Shown in pieces: positions 8,645 through 15,000 of a stretch of 15,000 nucleotides of DNA (position 1 is the stretch's first letter; each line of letters begins with the position of its first letter). The DNA comes from Opitutus sp. GAS368 (GTDB lineage: Bacteria; Verrucomicrobiota; Verrucomicrobiia; Opitutales; Opitutaceae): NCBI GenBank assembly GCA_945861645.1, contig CAMAVZ010000038.1:1-15000 (forward strand). Reading direction: 5' to 3'. A program made the translations under genes and the position numbers. Under the pieces are notes generated by a model, which saw only the letters and a program-made list of their open reading frames with translations, was not told the origin of the DNA and made no database searches.

Positions 8645-9757
8645 TCAACCGCGATCGGGCGGCTGACCTTTCGTCCGCGGGGGCGCGCGGTGACCATGCA
8701 GCGCCGTATAGAAAGAATCTCCCGGACGGATGGAGCCGCGCGGGACAATTTCACCCGTGAAGGCTGATTTGTAAATTGCGGTCAGGAGCTCGAGTGTCTG
8801 GCGCGCTTGGAAGCCCGACGTGAGCGGACGACGTTGCGCATCGCGGTCAGCCACAAACGCGTTGAGTTGCGCCCCGTGCGACGAGCTGATTTCAGGGGGG
8901 AAATTTTGCCACGCCTGCATGAGGCTATCATCATGCACGGGCGGAATCGGCGTGAGCTTCCAGTGATCACGCGTGTAACCGTAAAGGTGGGTGAGCTCGA
9001 GGGTGGCGCGTTGATAATCGAGTCGCAGATAAGTTTCTTGGCGCGGGCTCAGGGCGCTGTTGACGATTGAGCCCATGGCGCCATTGGCAAAGCGGACAAT
9101 CGCCATCGAAACATCTTCGACTTCGATCGCCCGATCAAGCGTGCCGGCCGCCGCGCGGACGTCACGCCAGTCGCCCATCAAATGGAGAAAATGATCCATC
9201 GCGTGAATCCCGAGCCCCATCGTGGGACCGCCCAATTCCGTATTCCAGCGACCCCGCCACGGTACCGCATAATACCCCGCATCGCGAAACCATAACGTGT
9301 TGCAGATGCCGACGAGGGGGCGTCCCAACTGGCCGTGGTCGGCGAGGTGCTGCACATGCGCCGTCGATGAGCCAAAGCGCATCTGGAAAATACACGAAGT
9401 GAAACAGCCGGTGCGTTGCTCGGCTGCTTCGATCAAATCCAATTCGGCCAAGGAGCCACAAAGAGGTTTTTCGCACAGTACCCAGGCGCCCGCTGCCATG
9501 GCGGCAATGCTCATGCTGGCATGCTGATCGGGCGGTGTGGCGATTAAAACAATATCGGGCCGCTCGGCCTTCAGCATCGCGGCGTAATCCGTATAGTGGC
9601 GGGGGATTTTATGCCGGCCGCAAAAATCAGCTACCCGCTGAGCATCGAGATCGACCGCCGCATCGAGGGTGACCCGGCCCTGCGTGGCCTCAACCGCGCG
9701 CACATGCGCATCGCCGATTGAACCAGTCCCAACCAGGACCGCGCGGTAGGTTTTCAT
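8645..9757 (-). CDS. Gfo/Idh/MocA family NAD(P)-dependent oxidoreductase
   Basis: Rossmann motif VLVGTGSIG, IATPPDQH, VLCEKP, GGPTMGLGIHAMD and VED motifs. Confidence 0.95.
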   Translation of the reverse strand: MKTYRAVLVGTGSIGDAHVRAVEATQGRVTLDAAVDLDAQRVADFCGRHKIPRHYTDYAAMLKAERPDIVLIATPPDQHASMSIAAMAAGAWVLCEKPLCGSLAELDLIEAAEQRTGCFTSCIFQMRFGSSTAHVQHLADHGQLGRPLVGICNTLWFRDAGYYAVPWRGRWNTELGGPTMGLGIHAMDHFLHLMGDWRDVRAAAGTLDRAIEVEDVSMAIVRFANGAMGSIVNSALSPRQETYLRLDYQRATLELTHLYGYTRDHWKLTPIPPVHDDSLMQAWQNFPPEISSSHGAQLNAFVADRDAQRRPLTSGFQARQTLELLTAIYKSAFTGEIVPRGSIRPGDSFYTALHGHRAPPRTKGQPPDRG

Positions 9758-10074
9758 GGGTTAATGGTGGGTGAGGATGAAGAGCGCACAGGGAGTCCGC
9801 GAAACGCGAAAGCATGAGAAAGCCTATTTAATAGCAATGGGCGACATGAATTATCTGAAAATAAATGAAAATTAAATGCAGGCTGCCATTGGTCTGGGGG
9901 CAAGAAAGAGGAAAAAAGATGTAAATTTGGACACAGTCCACCATTCAATTGAAGGCTGCCATCCTCGCCGGCATGAGTCCTCGGGCGGGGGCGGTCATTG
10001 GGTTCTAGCCGCAGCCACGCTCAGTGCCAGTGCAGCTATGCACCGCTGCCCGTGCGCCTAATTCGAATCTCCTG

Positions 10075-10111
10075 ACGCTCGTTTGTAATATATTATATTA
10101 CAAACGAGCGT
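10075..10111. repeat. Perfect 18-bp inverted repeat (REP-like palindrome or terminator-like hairpin)
   Basis: ACGCTCGTTTGTAATATA-T-TATATTACAAACGAGCGT, located 10 bp beyond the TAA at 10121. Confidence 0.9.
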
Positions 10112-10120
10112 TTCGGGGCG

Positions 10121-11422
10121 TTATTTTACGCCGACGAGGGTGAGGATTTTATTGCCCGTGAGCCGGCGCTCGGGCGGCAGGCTGTGCGGGGTGCGATTGC
10201 CGAAGACTTTCGCTAGTTCGACGAATTTAGCTTGGGTCGCTTTAACAAATTCCTCCACTGGGCGGGTCTCGCCCCCGAGTGCCATGATTTGTGGCAGCCA
10301 ATGGTGGCCATAGCGCACATGATTTTGCTCATCGTTGCGATCGAAGGCGAGCAGGGTGTCGGCTTCGAAATCGTTGAGCTAGCGGATGCGGTCCATGACG
10401 GTGGCCTTGGTCGGAAAACTGCCGGCCTCAAATTCCATGGTCATCATCGCGTAGCGTTCGTGCGGCGACATCTGAATTAAAATATTATAAAGATCGAGGG
10501 AGTGTTCCACGGTCATCAAATCGACGCCGAGCTTGGGGAGTTGGCGGTAGCCGAAGGCGCTGTGGCGGGATTCATCCCACAGATGACGCGCCATATCGTG
10601 GTGCAAATCAAAGGGAGCCGCGGGGGTGTCGTAGAAAATAGTCGCGAGATAATCGACGGCATCCAACTCCATCATGAGCCACACATATACCATCAGGCGA
10701 ATGACGCGGGCATCGGTTTGCGGATCAACGAGCCAAGGGCGGACAATGGGAGTTTCCGCGGCGTCGGAGCTGAAAGCGCTCGAGCACGTGGGGTACGGGC
10801 TGCGGTTGCAGGTGGGCGGATGTTGATAGGTCCGCTGGCTTGATGCCCAAATAAAATTTGTGGGCAGCGGTTGCGCGGACTGTTCGCCGAGCCAGCCGCC
10901 GTGAGCGGCGAGAGCAGTGGCGAGGTGGGCGGTCCAAGTCGTGGCGCCCTCGAGCTGGAGGTAGGGGGCCATTTCGCGGGCATGGCGTTCTTCGTCCGCG
11001 ATAAATTCTTCGACGAGTTTGCGCGACGGCCAGTCGGCGAGGTGGTGCGTGGCGGCGAGATAATGGCGGTAGGCGGCCAGCAAGGCTGGTTTGAGCACGC
11101 CGTAAAAGCCGGCCAAGGCGATCAGGGCATCGGTGGGCATGACCGCCTCATTATAAATCTCGCGTACGCTGGTCCGGGTGGTTTCCCCGTTGCCAAAACC
11201 ACTCATTTCTCGGCCGCGCTCCCGTAGGAAGCGGGCGTGGCCGGCGGATTCCCAGAGGTGTTGGCAGAGTAAATATTTTAACTCGGGGTCGCCCACGCGA
11301 TAGATCAGCGTCGAGGCGGTGCGGATGAAATCGCGTTCGACTTCAAAAAGCACGCGTTGCAAGCGGGCCAGATCATGCACGGCGGCCATGCGGCCAAGGG
11401 AGGAGGGGGCGGGAGCGACCAT
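10121..11422 (-). pseudogene. Tandem ferritin-like (DUF455-type) diiron protein interrupted by one in-frame TAG at 10379-10381 (nonsense allele, base-call error or readthrough)
   Basis: ORFs 10379..11422 and 10121..10318 share a frame and read ...VMDRIR*LNDFEADTLLAFDRNDEQNHVRYGHHW...GVK-TAA. Motifs WESAGH and DEERH in domain 1; MELDA, WDESRH, FEAG and DEQNH in domain 2. Confidence 0.8.
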
Positions 11423-11448
11423 GGTTAAAATATTAAAGGCTAATTAAT

Positions 11449-11478
11449 CGTCGGCGCGGAGCCGTGGCTCGGCCGACG
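11449..11478 (-). other. GC-rich intergenic stem-loop between the PhyH and diiron genes
   Basis: CGTCGGC (11449-11455) pairs with GCCGACG (11472-11478), with an inner GAGC/GCTC stem. On the minus strand it is followed by AT-rich sequence. Confidence 0.4.
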
Positions 11479-11495
11479 TTCAACCCGATCGGGGC

Positions 11496-12419
11496 TCAGC
11501 AGATGCGGCCGCGTTTGCCGGCAGTGCTGTGACCGGAGGGATTGACGCCGATCCAGCGTTCATCGATGGGCTCGCTGGCGCGTTGGTAGCGGGCATCACT
11601 GGAGATCCGCACACGATTCTCGGTGCGGTTATCGAGCGACGCATGCACGAGGAACATGCCGAAGGTGATAAAATCACCGGGCGAAAATTCAGCAGTCACC
11701 CAGCGGCCGCCAAATTTATTGCGCAGCGTCGGTGGGTTATGCGAGAGCGTGCCACTGAATGCCCATTTGCCGGCCTGCGCGGCTTGAGCTTCCGACGGCT
11801 TGTTGGTACAAAAAGCATCGACGTCACGGTAAACATATTTCTCCAACAAGTCTGTGCGCTGATGCGAACCCTCGAGCACCATGAGGCCGCCCAGCTCGAA
11901 GGAAATGTCGCCGTAAGGCACCCAGCAGGTCATGTGTCCGTGTGTGCCGCGCCCCATGTAAGGAAGATCGCAATGCGGGTTCGTGCCCTTGCCGGGCCCG
12001 ATGGCGCGCAACCAAGTGTAATCGTAATGCCGAATAGCTTCCCCGTAGAATTGCCGATAAAATTCTGGCAAGCGGCCTGAATAAAGGAGGCTTTGGACCG
12101 CGGGGTTATTATTGGTGAGTTCAGGTTTGAAAACATAGCCCGCGCCCGGTTTGCAAATGGCGTCGATGCTGGGATAAGCGGGATCCAGCACGTCGGCCGC
12201 CGCGAGCCCCGTGGTGAGGCTGGCGCGCGCGGCCAGCACTTCATCGTGGTCGAGATACCCTTTCAGATAGAGATAACCATCCTCCGCCACGCGGCGGCGC
12301 AGCTCGGGAAAATCTTCCGCGGCGGCGCTGGAATCGCGGAGCAGGCCGACTTTATCGTCAGTCATTTCCAATTCGTGGCCGTAGGAATAAAGTTGGGGTA
12401 GGGTGGTCGTGGCACTCAT
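11496..12419 (-). CDS. Phytanoyl-CoA dioxygenase (PhyH) family Fe(II)/2-oxoglutarate dioxygenase
   Basis: Motifs DGYLYLKG, TNPHCD (HxD), TCWVP, GGLMVLEGSH, PGDFITF, LVHAS (distal His) and RISSDARY. ATG at 12419, with an alternative GTG at 12422. Confidence 0.93.
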   Translation of the reverse strand: MSATTTLPQLYSYGHELEMTDDKVGLLRDSSAAAEDFPELRRRVAEDGYLYLKGYLDHDEVLAARASLTTGLAAADVLDPAYPSIDAICKPGAGYVFKPELTNNNPAVQSLLYSGRLPEFYRQFYGEAIRHYDYTWLRAIGPGKGTNPHCDLPYMGRGTHGHMTCWVPYGDISFELGGLMVLEGSHQRTDLLEKYVYRDVDAFCTNKPSEAQAAQAGKWAFSGTLSHNPPTLRNKFGGRWVTAEFSPGDFITFGMFLVHASLDNRTENRVRISSDARYQRASEPIDERWIGVNPSGHSTAGKRGRIC

Positions 12420-12491
12420 CACATTAAGTTACAGGAATATCGTCGGTCATTAAATGGTTGAAGTGGGAGAAGTCATGTAAATTTTGGGGGG

Positions 12492-13343
12492 GTGCCCCCT
12501 TTGCATAAATACCGCGCTGAGCCTTGGCTGCAAAGTCCTTTACGCACTCCAGTAGGCGAGATCGAGCTGGCGGGGGTGTTGCGCAACGTGAAGGGGATTG
12601 ATCCGGCTGGCATGCGAATTTTGAGACGTTTCACCTTGGTGCTTATGGTGGAGGGGCAAGGCTATTATCACGATGCGCGCGGCACCAAACTCGATCTAGG
12701 CCCGGGCGATGTCGTTTTGGTTTTCCCTGAAATTGCCCACGCCTATGGCCCGCTGCCGGGCACGGAATGGACCCAGATTTATTTTGTCTTTGCTGGCCCC
12801 CAATTCCAGCTCTGGCGCGCGCAAGGGCTGCTCGCGCCTGATCATCCGGTGCTGCGGCTCGGCGCGGTCGATTATTGGCGGCGGCGGCTCCATGAAGTGG
12901 TCAAAAGTGAGCCGCTGCATAGTGCGGGGGCGCCGTTGCGCGCCTTGGGCCGCTTGCTCCATGTGGTCACGGATATGATCGCCGCCGATGCGGAGAGCAT
13001 GCGGCAAGCCGGCCGCGATACTTGGTTGGAGAAAAGTTTGCGCCTGCTCGGTGATCGCGGGGTCACAGGCTGGCTGACGCCCCAGGCGGTGGCGCCCCAA
13101 GTTGGCTTAAATTACGAAAATTTCCGCAAGCGCTTTGTCGAACTCACTGGGGAATCTCCCGGCCGGTACCAAAAAAGACGCCGCTTGGAGTGGGCGTGCG
13201 CGGCGATCTATCAGGGCGGCTCTTCGCTCAAGGGGATCGCGGACACGCTGGGCTTTTGCGACGTGTTTCATTTTTCCAAGGCCTTTAAACAAGAGATCGG
13301 TTTTACTCCGTCTGATTATCGCCGCCGCGTCCGCGGACATTGA
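12492..13343 (+). CDS. AraC-family transcriptional regulator
   Basis: N-terminal cupin (GPGDVVLVFPEIAHAYG) and C-terminal double HTH (FRKRFVELTGESP; IADTLGFCDVFHFSKAFKQEIGFTPSDYR). GTG start, divergent from the PhyH gene. Confidence 0.95.
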   Translation: MPPLHKYRAEPWLQSPLRTPVGEIELAGVLRNVKGIDPAGMRILRRFTLVLMVEGQGYYHDARGTKLDLGPGDVVLVFPEIAHAYGPLPGTEWTQIYFVFAGPQFQLWRAQGLLAPDHPVLRLGAVDYWRRRLHEVVKSEPLHSAGAPLRALGRLLHVVTDMIAADAESMRQAGRDTWLEKSLRLLGDRGVTGWLTPQAVAPQVGLNYENFRKRFVELTGESPGRYQKRRRLEWACAAIYQGGSSLKGIADTLGFCDVFHFSKAFKQEIGFTPSDYRRRVRGH

Positions 13344-13396
13344 GTAATTCGGCGACGGTGGTATGTGGTTTTAAGTGGGGATCGAACCGATCTCCG

Positions 13397-13545
13397 AGCC
13401 GCCACAAAAGGCGCAAAACCGACCAAGGCATGGCCACGAAAAACACGAGAAACACAAAAACCGACCAAGGCATTTTTGCCCGCGAAAAACGCGAAAGGAC
13501 GCGAAAGAAAATCCGAGCTTAAAACTTAAACCTTTTCGCCTCTGT
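13397..13545 (+). repeat. Second copy of the composite intergenic repeat family
   Basis: AACCGACCAAGGCATGGCC at 13417-13435 is identical to 6644-6662, and the linker recurs at 13459-13473. 13434-13506 aligns without gaps to 6780-6852 (59/73 identical by hand count). Ends in heptamer-like GCTTAAA ACTTAAA. Confidence 0.9.
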
Positions 13546-13619
13546 TTCGCCACAGTCGCGAGAACTGAGGACGAACACCGGGTTGATAGCAGTCAACAAC
13601 GGTGCCGCCTAGCTAAGCC

Positions 13620-14999
13620 TCAGGGCATTTTGGCGGACCAACCTTCCGGCCAGGTGGTGCCGGGGAGGGGGCGCCAGAAAATATCCTGGTCGATCCGCGG
13701 CGCGTGATGGCGATATTTTTCGGTGAGGCGAATCTTTATCTTCAAATTCTCGACTAAATTTTCGCCGTAGAAAAAGGTATTGTCGGCCACGCCGGACACC
13801 ACGAGCACCTCGGACTTCGTCGTCTCGAGTAGCTCGATGAGGCCGCGAATGTTCGCGAGTTCCAAGTCGATCGCGCCTTGGAGTTTTTGCTCATAGCTCG
13901 CCTTGGTGGCGGCGTCGGGTGCTTGGAGATAACCGTAAACCGATTCACACCAGGCGCAGACGCTGCGGAGGCTGGAAACCCAATGCAGGTACGCGCGAAC
14001 GCGATCGCGAAGATCAGCGAAGACGGCGGCGTTTTCGGTGCTGACGCGGCGCGGGGCGCCGGGGGCCGAGATTTGTTCGGTGGCTTTAGCCAAACCATCG
14101 AGGCGTTTGATGAGCGGACGCAGACGCGCGATGACGTGCTCGTCCATATCGGCGGCCATTTTTGTGCCGGAAGTTTGCGTGATGAGATCGAAGAGCACGT
14201 CTTTGCCGAGGTCAACGAGGCCGGGATTGTTGTGCTGGAAGCAGCCGTGGCGTTCGTAGTATTCGCGCTCGGCGGCGGGGACAGCTTCGACATCAGGGAC
14301 GAAGGGACGATCCCAAGTGCGCTGCCAGCAAAAGCCGAAGGCGCAGTAGAGTCCGACCAACGGCTGCCACCTCAGCGCATTTTCAAAATCCTGCCACGCT
14401 GTGAGGAGGCTGCTCGCTTGGGCCGGGCCGACAAGCCTAGTAGCGTATTCGGTGAGCACTTGCTCGACGGGTTTTTCAGGAAAGAATTGCGCCGCGCGAA
14501 TGATGACGGGGTTCGGCCAGTAGGGCGCTTGGGCGGCATTGGTCAGACCACCGAGGCAGCTGATGCGGTTGAGACCCGCTCCGCGCATGGCGGTAAATTT
14601 TTCGTGCAACATCCGCGGGAACGGCAGCCCGAGGAGCGGCTCATGATTCATGACGCCCGAAGCAGAATAATGGAGCACCGGCTCGCAGCCTTGGGCGCGC
14701 GAGGCCGTCAGTGTGTCAGCTTCCGCTTGATCCATCGTGGTGTGGAAAAGGCTGCCCGCGACGGCTTTGTTCTCGGGATATTTGGGGTGCGCGTACGGCA
14801 CATCATAACCCTTCACGAGGAGGGAAGGCGCTTCCCAGGTGACGTGTCCGCCCATGCCGGCTTTAATGTACTGATGCTCGACCTTGAACGGTTCGATACG
14901 CAAAATAACATCAAAGTCAGGGTTCAATTCAGCCGCCGCGGTCTGTAGATTTTTTAGATAACGGACGATGCTTTCGCCCGCCGCTTGCGCGACCTTATC
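13620..14999 (-). CDS. Large hypothetical protein, 3' part only (5' end outside the window)
   Basis: The frame stays open from the TTG at 14927 to the window edge (DKVAQAAGESIVRYLKNLQTAAAELNPDF...). Protein-like composition; no family recognised. Confidence 0.8.
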   Translation of the reverse strand, partial: DKVAQAAGESIVRYLKNLQTAAAELNPDFDVILRIEPFKVEHQYIKAGMGGHVTWEAPSLLVKGYDVPYAHPKYPENKAVAGSLFHTTMDQAEADTLTASRAQGCEPVLHYSASGVMNHEPLLGLPFPRMLHEKFTAMRGAGLNRISCLGGLTNAAQAPYWPNPVIIRAAQFFPEKPVEQVLTEYATRLVGPAQASSLLTAWQDFENALRWQPLVGLYCAFGFCWQRTWDRPFVPDVEAVPAAEREYYERHGCFQHNNPGLVDLGKDVLFDLITQTSGTKMAADMDEHVIARLRPLIKRLDGLAKATEQISAPGAPRRVSTENAAVFADLRDRVRAYLHWVSSLRSVCAWCESVYGYLQAPDAATKASYEQKLQGAIDLELANIRGLIELLETTKSEVLVVSGVADNTFFYGENLVENLKIKIRLTEKYRHHAPRIDQDIFWRPLPGTTWPEGWSAKMP

Positions 15000-15000
15000 G

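Noticed and set aside
8497-8754. 85-aa minus-strand ORF and other short nested ORFs
   Set aside because: Arg/Pro-rich alternative-frame translations overlapping well-supported genes.
10121-10318. Independent 65-aa gene
   Set aside because: It is the in-frame C-terminus of the diiron gene, and its GTG start falls immediately after the DEQNH motif.
11480-11495. Similarity of TCAACCCGATCGGG to the Gfo gene end (TCAACCGCGATCGGG at 8645)
   Set aside because: Short and gapped; plausible by chance in GC-rich DNA.
13397-13545. CRISPR-like look of the repeated 15-bp linker
   Set aside because: Only two copies, the repeat is too short, the intervening sequences are related to one another and there are no cas genes.
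13340-13707. Short ORFs (60-110 aa) over the repeat element
   Set aside because: K/R-rich or F-rich translations produced by the 9-bp-period repeats; no coding evidence.
13878-14948. 356-aa plus-strand ORF antisense to the last gene
   Set aside because: Shadow ORF typical of GC-rich codon bias; no motifs, and it is fully overlapped by a more protein-like minus-strand frame.

Overview
GC-rich bacterial chromosomal window. The gene content, lack of Shine-Dalgarno motifs and repeat style suggest Verrucomicrobia/Opitutaceae, which is an inference. Left part (+): a secreted 630-aa lyase-like hypothetical protein, a secreted M28 metallopeptidase, a sodium:solute symporter and a secreted PepE/S51-like peptidase. 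Right part (-): a PhyH-family Fe(II)/2OG dioxygenase, a tandem ferritin-like (DUF455-type) diiron protein, a Gfo/Idh/MocA oxidoreductase, a small secreted protein and an aldose-1-epimerase-like protein. An AraC regulator is divergent from the PhyH gene, and a large unknown protein runs off the right edge. Main observations: (1) the diiron gene is split by one in-frame TAG at 10379-10381, with an intact 85-codon C-terminus carrying the last ExxH motif; (2) a modular non-palindromic repeat element (9-bp-period triplets, a 15-bp linker and 7-bp-period arrays) fills both convergent intergenic gaps; (3) a perfect 18-bp inverted repeat lies at 10075-10111; (4) the PepE homolog has a signal peptide and an apparent Glu-to-Asn change in its triad. 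No rRNA, tRNA, CRISPR array or transposase was recognised.
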